Shown here: positions 31,154 to 41,862 of the stretch, piece by piece
Numbering within the stretch: position 1 is the first letter of the stretch
Layout: each line of letters starts with the position of its first letter
Notes under the pieces: generated by a model
Database searches by the model: none
What the model was told of the DNA's origin: nothing
Seen by the model: the letters and a program-made list of their open reading frames with translations, nothing else
Program-made: the position numbers and the translations under genes
Source of the DNA: an uncultured Pseudomonadota bacterium
GTDB lineage: Bacteria > Pseudomonadota > Alphaproteobacteria > JACZXZ01
Assembly (NCBI GenBank): GCA_963749075.1
Contig: CAVVLJ010000020.1
Location: 672,001-736,000 of the forward strand
Reading direction: 5' to 3'
Length of the DNA stretch: 64,000 bases

Positions 31154-33084
31154 CAGATGCCGTATTGGACGGTCTTGTCGTTGCCGCGCGTCAGGTTGCG
31201 GTAGCGCGCCAGCGCCCACAGGGGAAAGAACTGGCAATAGCCGTGGTAGCGCAGAAAGAAGACGCGCGGGAAGCCGACCGCGGTGAACCACGGCTCCTCC
31301 CATTCGCAGCCGCGCCGCGGCGCCTCGAGGAGATAGGCGATGCCGCGCTTGACCGCCACGCTGTCGGCCTCGCCCGCCGCCATGAGGCCCAAGAGCGCCC
31401 AGGCGGTCTGCGAGGCGGTCGAGGCCTTGCACTCGCCGCGCCGCTCCGGCCAATAGCTGGCGCCGTCCTCGCCCCAGCCGCCGTCCTCGCGCTGGCGTCC
31501 CTTGAGCCACTCGACGGCCTTGCGGATGTAGGGCTGCCCCGGGTCCTCGTGCACGGCATTCAGCGCGCACAGCACGGACCAGGTCCCGTAGATGTAATTG
31601 GTGCCCCAGCGCCCGAACCACGAGCCGTCGGCCTCCTGCTCGCGCTTGAGGAACTCGATGGCGCGCGCCACCGCCTGATGGTCGCGCTTGTGGCCGAGCT
31701 GCGCGAGGAAACCCAAGCAGCGCGCGCTCACGTCGGCGGTCGGCGGATCGAGCAGCGCGCCATGGTCCGCGAAGGGAATGTGGTTGAGATAGAACTTGGT
31801 GTTGTCGGCGTCGAACGAGCCCCAGCCGCCGCCCTCGCTCTGCATGCCGATGACCCACTCGGCGGCGCGCTCGACCGCCCCGCGGTGCGCGGGGTCGCCG
31901 GCGCGGTCGAGCGCCATGCCGACCACCGCGGTATCGTCCACGTCCGGGTAATCGGCATTGGCGTACTGGAACGCCCAGCCGCCCGGGCGAAGTGCCGGCC
32001 GCTGCCAGGCCCAATCGCCCTTCACGTCGAGTATCTGCCGATCCGCAAGCCAGCTCATCGCGCGCGCGGCACTGGTTCCGTCGCGCGGCGCCTCCGCCTC
32101 CATGATCGCCAGCGCCGCGAGCCCGGTGTCCCACACGGGCGACACGCAGGGCTGCGCGTAGCCGATGCCGTCCTTGAGCACGACCAGCTTCCGGAGCGCT
32201 GCCTTGGCGGTCACCAGGTCGGGGTGATCCTTGGCGTAGCCGAGTGCCGAGAACGCCATGACCGCGTTCGCCATGGCGGGTGCAATGGCGCCGAGCCCGT
32301 CCTCGCCGTTGAGCCGCTCGCTCACCCATTGGGCGGCGCGCTCGATCGCCTTGGCGCGCTTGCCCTTGGGGAAGAAGGGCTCGGCGATCTGCAGGAGCTT
32401 GTCGAGGGCGAGGAAGTAATCGCCCAGGCGCGCGCCGGTCGGGTTGATCTGGTAGTGGCGCACCTCCTCGGACGGCGCCGCGAAGAGCTCGCGGATGTCG
32501 ACCCGCCGCGGGTTCCGCGCCTTGGGCTTGAGCGCCGTGAGGATGAGCAGCGGTACGATCACCGTGCGCGACCAGTAGCTCACCTTGCTCAGGTGGAAGG
32601 GGAACCAGCGCGGCAGCAGCATGATCTCGACCGGCATGACCGGCACGCCGCGCCACGGGATCTGCTCGAAGAGCGCGAGCGCGAAGCGGGTGAAGACGTT
32701 GCAGCGCTCTGCGCCACCGTGGGCGAGGATCGCCTCGCGCGCGCGCCGCATGTGCGGCGCCTCGGGGTCGTCGCCCGCGAGCTTGAGCGCGAAGTAGCAT
32801 TTGACCGAGGAGGAGATGTTGAAATCGCCGCCGTGGAAGAGCGCCCAGCCGCCGTGGGCACCCTGCAGGCCGCGCAGGTAGCCGGCGATCCTCGCCTCGA
32901 GCTCGCGATCGACCTCGTCGAGAAAATGCCCGAGCAGGAGGAACTCGGCCGGCAGCGACGCATCGGCTTCGAGCTCGAAGGCCCAGTGGCCGTCCTCGCG
33001 CTGCAGCGCCTTGAGCGCCGCCGCGACCTCGGCAATCACGGGCTCGAGCCGGCTCTTGACAAGCTGTTCGCGATCGTCAGTCAA
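31153..33084 (-). CDS. shc: Squalene-hopene cyclase
   Basis: YPDVDDTAVV (DXDD), QW repeats (Q..DG.W), SYWSR. Confidence 0.97.
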   Translation of the reverse strand: MTDDREQLVKSRLEPVIAEVAAALKALQREDGHWAFELEADASLPAEFLLLGHFLDEVDRELEARIAGYLRGLQGAHGGWALFHGGDFNISSSVKCYFALKLAGDDPEAPHMRRAREAILAHGGAERCNVFTRFALALFEQIPWRGVPVMPVEIMLLPRWFPFHLSKVSYWSRTVIVPLLILTALKPKARNPRRVDIRELFAAPSEEVRHYQINPTGARLGDYFLALDKLLQIAEPFFPKGKRAKAIERAAQWVSERLNGEDGLGAIAPAMANAVMAFSALGYAKDHPDLVTAKAALRKLVVLKDGIGYAQPCVSPVWDTGLAALAIMEAEAPRDGTSAARAMSWLADRQILDVKGDWAWQRPALRPGGWAFQYANADYPDVDDTAVVGMALDRAGDPAHRGAVERAAEWVIGMQSEGGGWGSFDADNTKFYLNHIPFADHGALLDPPTADVSARCLGFLAQLGHKRDHQAVARAIEFLKREQEADGSWFGRWGTNYIYGTWSVLCALNAVHEDPGQPYIRKAVEWLKGRQREDGGWGEDGASYWPERRGECKASTASQTAWALLGLMAAGEADSVAVKRGIAYLLEAPRRGCEWEEPWFTAVGFPRVFFLRYHGYCQFFPLWALARYRNLTRGNDKTVQYGI

Positions 33085-33261
33085 AGTGCCTTCCGCCGTT
33101 CGTCAAATCTTGTGCAGTGCGGCCCCAATACGCCGAAGCCGCGGTACCCAGGGGGCGCCCGGCTTCGCAAAGGAGCTTCAGGAGCCCGGACTGTAGCGGC
33201 AAGAGGGCTGTTTTTCAACGCCGTAGGAGGCCCCGCTGCCATGCGGGAGACGGGGGTGCGC

Positions 33262-33789
33262 TCAATGGCCCTCGAACTCGCAAAGCGTGGTGACCTCGAC
33301 GCCCATGGTCTCGATGCGGCGGCGGCCGCCGAGCTCGGGGAGGTCGATGACGAAGGCGGCGCCGATCACGTTGCCCTTGGCCTGGCGCAGGAGGTCGATG
33401 GCGGCGGCGGCGGTGCCGCCGGTCGCGATGAGGTCGTCGACGAGGAGGATGCGCTCGCCCTCGAGGATGGCGTCGGTGTGGATCTCGATGCGGTCGCTGC
33501 CGTATTCCAGGGCATAGTCCTGCCCGATGGTCTGCCACGGCAGCTTGCCCTTCTTGCGCACGGGGATGAAACCGGCCTCGAGCCGGTTGGCCACGGCACC
33601 GCCCAGGATGAAGCCGCGCGCCTCGATGCCCGCCACCTTGTCGACGCGCTGGCCCTGGAAGGCCTCGACCAGGCGCTCGATGGTGATGCGAAAGCCGACC
33701 GCGTCCTGGAGGAGCGTCGTGATGTCGCGGAAGATGATGCCCGGCTTGGGATAGTCGGGAATCGAGCGCACGCGGGATTTGATCGGCAC
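33262..33789 (-). CDS. apt: Adenine phosphoribosyltransferase
   Basis: [40 protein letters not shown]; AAGGAGG RBS before GTG 33789. Confidence 0.95.
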   Translation of the reverse strand: MPIKSRVRSIPDYPKPGIIFRDITTLLQDAVGFRITIERLVEAFQGQRVDKVAGIEARGFILGGAVANRLEAGFIPVRKKGKLPWQTIGQDYALEYGSDRIEIHTDAILEGERILLVDDLIATGGTAAAAIDLLRQAKGNVIGAAFVIDLPELGGRRRIETMGVEVTTLCEFEGH

Positions 33790-34014
33790 GGGACCTCCTT
33801 CGCCCAAGGGCCATGGCGGGGGTTCGGGAGCTGAGGTGCCGCACAATCTAGCCAGTCGGGCGGCGAAAGGCAAAGTGCCGCAAGAGCGCCAGGGCGGCGG
33901 CGAGCCGGCTGCCGCTTGACTCCATGAACTCGAGCGGGCACGGTTCGCTACGCCTGTAACCGTGCAAAATAAAGGCGGCCGCAAGACCGCCTGTTGCCAG
34001 GGAGGAAATACGCC

Positions 34015-35046
34015 ATGACCGTCCGCCGCTTCAACCGCCGCTCCATGCTGCGCGCCGCCGGTGCCGTGCCGCTTGCGCTTCTGCTGGCACCCGCCATCAT
34101 CGGCAGGGCCGAGGCCGCCCAGATGAAGATGCGGCTCTCCTCCTCGCTGCCGAACGACCCGAAATACGCCAACGGCCGTGTCTATTACGACAACCTCGTG
34201 AAGCACGTGAAGGCGGACGGCCTGGGCGAGGCGCTCGACATCCAGTTCTTTCCCGACAACCAGCTCGGCCAGGAGATCGACGTCATCAATTCGGTCAAGC
34301 TCGGGGTCATCGACCTCATGGTCTCGGGCTCGTCGATCTCGGCCAATCTCGTGCCGCTGGTCGGCACCTTCGATCTCGGCTACCTCTTCGACAGCTTCCC
34401 GCAGCAGACCAAGGCCTTCGACGCCGGTGCCGCCAAGCCGGTCGAGGCAGCGCTCCTCAAGGGCGCCAATATCCGCATCATCGCCTGGGCCTACAACTTC
34501 GGCTCGCGCAGCGTGCTCGCCAGGAAGGCGGTGAAGGAGCCCGCGGATCTGGCGGGGCTCAAGATCCGCACGTTGCCCAATCCGGTCATCACCGAGTGTC
34601 TGCGTCTCATGGGGGCGGCCGCGACGCCGCTCGCCTTCGGGGAGATCTACACGGCGCTTCAGGCGGGCGTGCTCGACGGGCTGGAGCACGATCCCCCCAC
34701 CATCCTCGCCAGCAAGTTCTACGAGACGGTGAAGTTCTACTCCCTCACCCAGCACAATTTCTCGCCGCTCGCCGTCTATTTCAGCGAGATGACCTTCACG
34801 CGCATGGACCCCAAGCTGCGCGACGGCTTCGTCGCGGCGGCGCAAAAGGCCGCGGTCGATACGCGGACGCAGGGTCTCGCGGTCGAGAAGGAGGCGCTCG
34901 AGGTCCTGAAGCAGAAGGGCGTCGCCGTCTCCGCGTGCGACAAGGAGGCCTTCCGCAAGCGCGTCATGCCGCAGACCGTGGATTTCGTGAAGGCGCATCC
35001 CGACGCCAAGCCGGTCGTCGATATGATCCGCGCGACCCACGTCTGA
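34015..35046 (+). CDS. TRAP transporter substrate-binding protein (DctP family), Tat-like signal
   Basis: NRRSML signal; [30 protein letters not shown]. Confidence 0.9.
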   Translation: MTVRRFNRRSMLRAAGAVPLALLLAPAIIGRAEAAQMKMRLSSSLPNDPKYANGRVYYDNLVKHVKADGLGEALDIQFFPDNQLGQEIDVINSVKLGVIDLMVSGSSISANLVPLVGTFDLGYLFDSFPQQTKAFDAGAAKPVEAALLKGANIRIIAWAYNFGSRSVLARKAVKEPADLAGLKIRTLPNPVITECLRLMGAAATPLAFGEIYTALQAGVLDGLEHDPPTILASKFYETVKFYSLTQHNFSPLAVYFSEMTFTRMDPKLRDGFVAAAQKAAVDTRTQGLAVEKEALEVLKQKGVAVSACDKEAFRKRVMPQTVDFVKAHPDAKPVVDMIRATHV

Positions 35047-35056
35047 GACGGTCGCC

Positions 35057-36913
35057 GTGGCGGGCGCCGCGTCCGAACCGAGCGGCGCCGAGCGCCTCCT
35101 CATCCGCCCGCTCTTGCGCGCGACGGACGCCGCCAGCGCCTTGCTGCTGGCGGCGGACCTCGTGGTCGTCATCGCCTCGGTGCTGCTGCGCTCGCTCTTC
35201 GACGCGCCGGTCGAATGGTCGGACGACGTGGCGCGCGGCCTCATGGTGGGCTCGAGCTTCTTCGGCGCCGCGAGTGCGCTCGGGCGCAGCGAGAACGTCG
35301 GCGTCGTCTTCTTCGTCGAGCGCATCCCGCAGCGCCCGCGCCGGCTGATCGACGCCGCCGGCGCCTTGCTGATCCTCGTCGTCTCCGCCTATGTCGCGGC
35401 GAACGCGTTGAGACTCGGCACCCTCACAATCGGACAGACGACGGGCTCCGGCCTGCCGCTCGAGCTCACCTTCTATCCGATGGGTGCGGCCACTTGCTGC
35501 ATGACGGTCTTCGCCTGCCATCAATACTGCCGCCGCGGCCTCGCCGACATGGCGGCGGCGGCGGCCATCGTGGGCCTCCTCGCCGGGCTGTGGTACGGCT
35601 GGAGCATGCTGTCGCCCGAGACGGCACCCAAGCCGGGCGTGCTGATGGCGATCGGCTTCGCGCTCTCGCTTTGCGGCGGCATGCCGATCGGCTTCGCACT
35701 GGCGCTCGCGGCGCTGATCTACGTCTGGGTCGACGGCTCGCTCCCCGGCGTGATCTTCGCCCAGCAGATGGCGCGCGGCATCGACAATTTCGTGCTGCTC
35801 GCCATCCCCTTCTTCATCCTGGTCGGCTACATCATGGAGGCGAACGGCATGTCCGTCCGCCTGATCGAGCTCCTGGAGCGCCTGGTCGGGCGCATGCGCG
35901 GCGGGCTCAACGTCGTCATGGTGCTCTCCATGGTGATCTTCTCGGGCATCTCCGGCTCGAAGATGGCCGACGTGGCGGCGGTGGGCTCGGTCCTCATCCC
36001 GGCGGCGCGGCGCTCGCGGCAGAACCCCGGCGGCGCGGTAGCGCTCCTCGCCGCCTCGGCGGTGATGGCGGAGACCATCCCGCCCTGCATCAACCTGATC
36101 ATCCTCGGCTTCGTCGCCAACCTCTCGATCGGCGGCCTCTTCATGGCGGGCCTGCTGCCGGCCGGGCTGATGGCGCTCGCCCTCATCGCCGTGGCCGTGC
36201 TCTTCGCCGGGCGCAGCCGCATGACAAGCGAGGGCGCAGCACGGAGGGGGACCGCCAAGCTTTGGGGCGGTGCTGCGGTGACGCTCGGCCTCATCGCCAT
36301 CATCTTCGGCGGCTTCAAGAGCGGCTTCGCCACCGCGACCGAGATCTCCGCCTTCGCGGCCCTCTATGCGCTCGCCGTGGGCGGCCTCGTCTTCCGCGAG
36401 CTCGGCTTCAAGGCGGCGGCGGCGAGCTTCGTGCATGCGGCGACGCGCTCGGGCCTGGTGCTCTTCATCGTCGCCGCCGCCCAGTCGCTCGCCTTCATGC
36501 TGACCCTGCAGCGGGTGCCGCATGCCCTCGGCAGGATGATGATCGGCCTCTCGCACGACAGCGGCACCTGGCCCTTCATGCTGCTCTCGATCCTCATCCT
36601 CATCGTCATGGGCTCGATGCTCGAGGGTGCCGCGGCGCTCATCATCTTCGGGCCGCTCCTGATACCGGTCGCAGCCCAGCTCGGCATCGCACCGCTTCAT
36701 TTCGGCGTCGTCCTGGTGATCGCCATGGGCATCGGGCTCTTCGCCCCGCCGCTCGGCCTCGGCCTCTACGGCGCCTGCCTCATCGGCAACGTCCCCATCG
36801 AGCAGACGGTGAAGCCGATGCTCGGCTACCTCGGCCTCTTGCTCGCCTGCCTCCTCGTCATCGCCTTCGTGCCCGGGATCGCCCTCTGGCTGCCCCACGC
36901 GCTGGGCTATTGA
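35057..36913 (+). CDS. Fused TRAP small+large permease (DctQM)
   Basis: N-terminal WSDDVAR DctQ-like segment; [25 protein letters not shown] DctM motifs. Confidence 0.9.
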   Translation: MAGAASEPSGAERLLIRPLLRATDAASALLLAADLVVVIASVLLRSLFDAPVEWSDDVARGLMVGSSFFGAASALGRSENVGVVFFVERIPQRPRRLIDAAGALLILVVSAYVAANALRLGTLTIGQTTGSGLPLELTFYPMGAATCCMTVFACHQYCRRGLADMAAAAAIVGLLAGLWYGWSMLSPETAPKPGVLMAIGFALSLCGGMPIGFALALAALIYVWVDGSLPGVIFAQQMARGIDNFVLLAIPFFILVGYIMEANGMSVRLIELLERLVGRMRGGLNVVMVLSMVIFSGISGSKMADVAAVGSVLIPAARRSRQNPGGAVALLAASAVMAETIPPCINLIILGFVANLSIGGLFMAGLLPAGLMALALIAVAVLFAGRSRMTSEGAARRGTAKLWGGAAVTLGLIAIIFGGFKSGFATATEISAFAALYALAVGGLVFRELGFKAAAASFVHAATRSGLVLFIVAAAQSLAFMLTLQRVPHALGRMMIGLSHDSGTWPFMLLSILILIVMGSMLEGAAALIIFGPLLIPVAAQLGIAPLHFGVVLVIAMGIGLFAPPLGLGLYGACLIGNVPIEQTVKPMLGYLGLLLACLLVIAFVPGIALWLPHALGY

Positions 36914-36997
36914 GGGGGCGCGGCGCTCGGCGGACGAGTCTGACTTGACAGAGTTCGTTGGCGGTCGCTCGAACCTTGCTGGCGAGCGTAGCCTTGA

Positions 36998-38044
36998 TTA
37001 CCGGCGGCGAGGCAGGCGCTCTCGTAACTCCGCACCCTCCCCCCAATATCCGCGCTCGATGTTCCGAACGTTAATCGCGGCGGGCTCGCCGCCCCAAATT
37101 TTGAGTTTGTCGCGATACGGCCCGAGCTTGAAATACTGCAGTCCGTCGCCCGGCTCAGGTCCGGTGTTCACCGCGGGATCGGTATCGCCGGCATGTCCGA
37201 ATTCGCCTGTAGCCGTCACAATAGGCAGTTCCCTGCCGCTCTTCGGATCGTCGACCGAAAGTTGCAGGATGCCGTCCGCGTCCTTGACCTTGGTCGGCGC
37301 GACGCGCACCGTGAAGCGCCGCCACGAGTAGATGTCGTCGGGTAACGGGTTCTCCTGCTTCACGTCCACGAGGTTGGTGCATGAGAGGAATTCGCTCTCA
37401 AGATGAGCCTGCAGGCCGCGCGAGTCGGTCGCAAGGAGGGCTCGCACCTGGAGTTCTTTGAAATCGCTCTTGCTGTTGCCGAAGACATGATGATCCAAGG
37501 CCCTGACGCCGTCCGGACAAGGGCCGGGCTTCTGGTACGGTTTGACGTGCCGGCTTATCTCCGACCCATCAACGAAGGTGACGTTTTTCGCCTCATAGAG
37601 GTGCTCGACTGTCGCGACATAGCGGCCCCTGTCGATGCGCAGGGCGAAGAGCGGGCTACCGCCGTCGGAATCGTAATAGGGCGCCTTGATCTGAGCGCAG
37701 ACGCACCGCGCGTCGACGATCGGAAATGACTTCTCGGCCCGCATATCGAACGAGTACCAAACCGGCGTGCCGAGCGCGACCTTCTTGTCGCGCAACTCGC
37801 AACGATCGCACCTCTCGGGATCGCCGTCCGAGGCTTTCGTATAAGCGTCCCTCGCCACAGCAAGCCTGAGCCAGGCGCCGTCACTATCTTGGTAAAGCGT
37901 GGGCGATATCCCATTCGGATTGTTATTCCGCAGGAAAGTCATCGCGCCATAGCTGATATCCACGGGAAAGTTCGGATGGGCGATATCGACCTCGTAGTCC
38001 AAGGCGGCGTGGTCTCCGCTTGGCTTCTTGCGAGCAGTGCCCAT
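36998..38044 (-). CDS. Polysaccharide-lyase-like (jelly-roll) protein, no signal peptide
   Basis: RCEL, WYSF, CAQIK, SPLFALRI and YFKLGPYR resemble PL7/heparin-lyase-like catalytic motifs; atypical codon use. Confidence 0.55.
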   Translation of the reverse strand: MGTARKKPSGDHAALDYEVDIAHPNFPVDISYGAMTFLRNNNPNGISPTLYQDSDGAWLRLAVARDAYTKASDGDPERCDRCELRDKKVALGTPVWYSFDMRAEKSFPIVDARCVCAQIKAPYYDSDGGSPLFALRIDRGRYVATVEHLYEAKNVTFVDGSEISRHVKPYQKPGPCPDGVRALDHHVFGNSKSDFKELQVRALLATDSRGLQAHLESEFLSCTNLVDVKQENPLPDDIYSWRRFTVRVAPTKVKDADGILQLSVDDPKSGRELPIVTATGEFGHAGDTDPAVNTGPEPGDGLQYFKLGPYRDKLKIWGGEPAAINVRNIERGYWGEGAELRERLPRRR

Positions 38045-38197
38045 AAGGTGTCCCCCGGAAGACGCTTCGCCGCGAAGTCGGCACAGACCAATTCGCGGGT
38101 CTCAACATACAGCCGATCAAGGATCCATGCCTAGGAGACTCGTCACATGGTTCTGCAGCCGGAAATGGAATCGATTAAGCGCCAGGACGATGCCGAG

Positions 38198-39232
38198 CTA
38201 CTCGCGGCGAAGGCGGATAAGCCGCTTGCCGAGGTTCTCTCCGCGATAGAGCTCGGCGATGGCGCCGGGGCAGCTCTCGATGCCGTCGCGGATGTCCTCG
38301 AGATAACGGATGCGTCCCTCGCGCACCCAGGCCGCCAGGCGCATGACGGCTTCCTCATAGCGATGGCGGTAATCGAACACGAGAAATCCCGACATGCGCG
38401 CCCGCTTGACGAGGAGATGCCGCTCGACGCGCGGCCCCATGGGCGGCGGGTCCCAGCTCGCAACCGACGCGGTGCCGCAGATCACCACCCGCGCGCCGGC
38501 GGCGAGCTCAGCCAGCACCGCATCGCTGATCGCACCGGCGGTGTTGTCGAAATAGACATCGACGCCGCGCGGGCAGGAGGCCGCAATGGCCTCGCCGAGG
38601 TTGGGGCCGGCCTTGTAGTCGCCCGCCTTGTAGTCGATTGCCGCGTCATAGCCGAACTCTTCGAGGCAGATGCGGGTCTTCACGGCACCTCCCGTGACGC
38701 CGACCGTGCGGCAACCCATCAGTTTGGCGATCTGCCCGACCGCGGAGCCGACGGCACCGGCCGCCGTCGACACGACGACGGTGTCGCCCGGGCGCGGCTC
38801 GCCGAGGTCGAGGAGGCCAAAATAGGCGGTGACGCCGTTCAGCCCGAGAATTCCCAGCGAGAGCGAGAGCGGCAGATCCGTCTCGCGCACCTTTCGCGCG
38901 ATCGAGCTGCCGTCGGAGAGCGCGTACTCCTGCCAGCCGAGCATGCCCATCACGGCATCCCCTTCGGCATAATCCCTATGACGCGACGCCACCACCTTGC
39001 CCGCCGCGAAGGCGCGCATCACCTCGCCCAGTCCGACCGGCGTCGAGTAGTTGGCGACGGCGCTCACCCAGCCGCGCATCGCAGGCTCGACCGAGAGATA
39101 ATCGTTCCGCACGAGGAACTGTCCGTCGCGAAGTTCCGGCAACGCGGCATCGGCGATTTCGAAATGTTCGGCCTCCGGGATGCCGCTCGGACGGGACTTG
39201 AGGCGAACCTGGCGATTCACGTCCGCTGGCAT
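38198..39232 (-). CDS. NADP-dependent oxidoreductase (CurA/PTGR1-like MDR)
   Basis: YLSVEPAMRGW, G.TAYFGL, AAGAVGS.VGQIAK, GENLGK. Confidence 0.9.
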   Translation of the reverse strand: MPADVNRQVRLKSRPSGIPEAEHFEIADAALPELRDGQFLVRNDYLSVEPAMRGWVSAVANYSTPVGLGEVMRAFAAGKVVASRHRDYAEGDAVMGMLGWQEYALSDGSSIARKVRETDLPLSLSLGILGLNGVTAYFGLLDLGEPRPGDTVVVSTAAGAVGSAVGQIAKLMGCRTVGVTGGAVKTRICLEEFGYDAAIDYKAGDYKAGPNLGEAIAASCPRGVDVYFDNTAGAISDAVLAELAAGARVVICGTASVASWDPPPMGPRVERHLLVKRARMSGFLVFDYRHRYEEAVMRLAAWVREGRIRYLEDIRDGIESCPGAIAELYRGENLGKRLIRLRRE

Positions 39233-39319
39233 GACGGCTTCCCGTTGCGGCCTGAATCGGCATGCTAGATCGTTTCGCCGCGATCGCCAAGGGGACGGCC
39301 GCTGCGACGGCCGCTGCCT

Positions 39320-39334
39320 TGGCGCACTAATTGC
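39320..39334 (+). promoter_or_regulatory. Possible sigma54 -24/-12 promoter upstream of the LysE gene
   Basis: TGGCGC-ACTAA-TTGC (GG-N10-GC), about 70 bp before GTG 39403. Confidence 0.4.
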
Positions 39335-39402
39335 CTTGCCTGCCCCGCCGACCGGAGACATCCTGGTGCCGCACGATCGATGCCTCTCATGGGAGAGCTG
39401 CC

Positions 39403-40014
39403 GTGAGCGTCGAATTCCTGGTCACCTCGCTCATCGTCGTCGTCTCGCCCGGGACCGGCGTCCTCTATACGCTGGCGGCCGGCCTCTCGCGGGGATCCCG
39501 CGCGAGCGTCGTGGCGGCGTTCGGCTGCACGATCGGCATCGTGCCGCACATCGCGGCGGCGGTCACGGGGCTGGCGGCACTCCTCCACGCCAGCGCGCTC
39601 GCCTTCGAGACCTTCAAATATCTGGGCGTGGCCTATCTTCTCTATATGGCCTGGCACGCACTGCGCGAGCACGGCGCGTTGCAGGTGGAGAAGGAGATCG
39701 GTCCGCGCTCGGCGCTCCAGGTCACCGTCCGGGCCGTGCTGATCAACCTCCTCAATCCCAAGCTGTCGATTTTCTTTCTCGCATTCCTGCCGCAGTTCGT
39801 GAGCGCGGGCGAGCCCAGCCCGCTTTCGCGCATGCTCGAACTGAGCGCCGTCTTCATGCTGATGACTTTCGTGGTCTTCGTCGGCTACGGCTTGTTCGCC
39901 GCCTCGCTTCGCGACCACGTGCTCTCGCGCCCGCGGGTGCTGACGTGGATGCGCCGCACCTTCGCCGGCGCCTTCCTTGCGCTCGGCGCCAAGCTGGCGT
40001 TTGCCGATCGTTGA
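39403..40014 (+). CDS. LysE/RhtB family exporter
   Basis: SPG.G, KYLGVAYLLY, NLLNPK..FFLAFLPQF. Confidence 0.92.
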   Translation: MSVEFLVTSLIVVVSPGTGVLYTLAAGLSRGSRASVVAAFGCTIGIVPHIAAAVTGLAALLHASALAFETFKYLGVAYLLYMAWHALREHGALQVEKEIGPRSALQVTVRAVLINLLNPKLSIFFLAFLPQFVSAGEPSPLSRMLELSAVFMLMTFVVFVGYGLFAASLRDHVLSRPRVLTWMRRTFAGAFLALGAKLAFADR

Positions 40015-40134
40015 AGGAATCGCGTCCCTCGATGACACGGCAATTGCCATGTGATCCGCCTCCGACTAACTCCCTGTAGCTGCCCGATCGGAAGGGCGGT
40101 CGCCCTCATGGCCCTGGCATTGGGGCGGGGTTGT

Positions 40135-40881
40135 TCAGAGCTTGGAGCCGCCGTCGACCCGAACGCTATCGCCGGTGATCCAGCGGGCGTCGTCCGAGGC
40201 GAGGAAGGCGACGACCGGTCCGACATCGGCCGGCTCGCCGATCCGCTGCATCGCCTGCATCGCAAGCGTGAAGGCACGGCCGTCCTTGGTTCTGGCGAAG
40301 CTCGACATGTCCGTGTCGATCACCCCGGGTGCCACGGCGTTGACGCGGATTCCGCGCGGGCCGAGCGCCGAAGCGAAGTGCTTCACCAGCGTGTCGACGG
40401 CGCCCTTTGTGGCCGCATAGGCCGAGAACGTGCCGACGGAAGCGCGTGCCGCCAGCGATGAGACGAGGACCACGCTGCTGCCGCTGCCGAGGATCGGGAG
40501 CAATTGCTGCACGAGGAAGAAGGGCGCGCGGACGTTGACCGCGAAGAGGTTGTCGAAGTCCTCGACCGTGGTGTCCTCGATCGTCGCGGCCTTGGCGACG
40601 CCTGCATTGGCAACGAGGATATCCAGACGATCGCCGACGATGCTGCGGACCTGCCTGGCGAGCTTGTGCGCCCCGTCCGGCGCGGCGAGGTCGGCCGCGA
40701 CCGCATCGGCACGACCGCCGGCATTGCGGATGTCCCTAACGACGGCTTCGGCCTCCTTAGCACCGCGGCCGTAGTGAACGAGGACCTGCGCTCCGGCCTT
40801 GGCAAGGGCGAGCGCGCTGGCGCGGCCGATGCCGCGAGAGGCGCCGGTGACAAGGGCCGTCTTTCCTGAGAGAAGGGTCAT
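40135..40881 (-). CDS. SDR family oxidoreductase
   Basis: TGASRGIG, ANAG, YAATK, VNAVAPG. Confidence 0.92.
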   Translation of the reverse strand: MTLLSGKTALVTGASRGIGRASALALAKAGAQVLVHYGRGAKEAEAVVRDIRNAGGRADAVAADLAAPDGAHKLARQVRSIVGDRLDILVANAGVAKAATIEDTTVEDFDNLFAVNVRAPFFLVQQLLPILGSGSSVVLVSSLAARASVGTFSAYAATKGAVDTLVKHFASALGPRGIRVNAVAPGVIDTDMSSFARTKDGRAFTLAMQAMQRIGEPADVGPVVAFLASDDARWITGDSVRVDGGSKL

Positions 40882-40931
40882 GGTTGCCTATCCTTTTGAG
40901 CAGCGGGTTCGAGCCTTTGCCGGTGCTCAGC

Positions 40932-41678
40932 TCACCCCGCCGACTTTCCGCCATCGACGGAAAGCACCTGGCCGGTGGTGAAGGACGACTTGTCGGAGGC
41001 GAGGAATAGGATGGCGTTGGCGATCTCGTCGGGCTCTCCCACGCGCTTGAGCGGCACGCCCGAGACGAGACCGGCCTTTCTTTCGGCGTTGCCGGTGAAG
41101 CGGTTGAGCATCGCGGTCTCGATCGGCCCCGGTGCCACCGCGTTGACGCGAACGCCCGAACCTGCGACCTCGAGTGCGGCGGACTTGGTGAGCCCCTCGA
41201 CCGCGTGCTTGCTCGCGGAATAGACGGAGGCACCGCCCGCGCCATTGTGACCGTAGGTCGATGAGATGTTGACGATGCTGCCGCCGCCCTGAGCCTGCAT
41301 CACGCGCAGCTCATGCTTCATGCTGAGGAGCGTGCCGAGCACATTGGTATCGAAGGTGGCGGCATAGCTGTCGGCGGTCTGCTGCGTCACCGGACCGGGC
41401 CGGCCTTCGGTGCCGGCGTTGTTGACGGCCGCGTCCAGGCGACCGAAGCGTGCGACGGTGCGATCGACCAGGCTGCGCACATCGTCCTCGTGGCGCACGT
41501 CCGCACGGATGAACTCGGCCTCTGCGCCGAGCGCGCGGAGCTCCGCGGCCAATGCCTTGCCGGCTTCCTCGTGGCGACCGGAGACGACGACGCGATTGCC
41601 GGCCCGCGCGAAAGCAAGGGCCGCCGCGCGGCCGATTCCAGTTAGCGCGCCGGTGATCAAGACAATAGGGGTGCTCAT
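40932..41678 (-). CDS. SDR family oxidoreductase
   Basis: TGALTGIG, NNAG, YSASK, VNAVAPG. Confidence 0.92.
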   Translation of the reverse strand: MSTPIVLITGALTGIGRAAALAFARAGNRVVVSGRHEEAGKALAAELRALGAEAEFIRADVRHEDDVRSLVDRTVARFGRLDAAVNNAGTEGRPGPVTQQTADSYAATFDTNVLGTLLSMKHELRVMQAQGGGSIVNISSTYGHNGAGGASVYSASKHAVEGLTKSAALEVAGSGVRVNAVAPGPIETAMLNRFTGNAERKAGLVSGVPLKRVGEPDEIANAILFLASDKSSFTTGQVLSVDGGKSAG

Positions 41679-41862
41679 ATCGCCATTCCTTCAGATAGGG
41701 TTGACCCTTGAGCCGCCGCCGTGAAAGCGGAAACCGGAACTCCACCGGGACGATGATGACGCGCCAACGATCGGTGCTGCTGACGGGCATTTAGGTTTTC
41801 CTGGCGCCCCTGAGAAAGACTTTGTATGATCCGGGCCATACCTCGTAGGCATGGGACCAGTC

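Noticed and set aside
30461-32800. 779-aa ORF as a long HpnG
   Set aside because: Off-frame overlap with shc; the real start is the coupled ATG at 31153
31165-33834. Long antisense ORFs (889 aa here and many similar ones)
   Set aside because: Expected shadow ORFs in high-GC coding DNA; Arg/Ala/Gly-rich with no motifs
33262-35325. 687-aa Apt fusion
   Set aside because: The extension is the antisense shadow of the TRAP genes; apt has its own RBS and GTG at 33789
38610-38636. 15-bp-period duplication encoding DYKAGDYKAG
   Set aside because: A single in-frame microduplication in a probable loop; no sign of function
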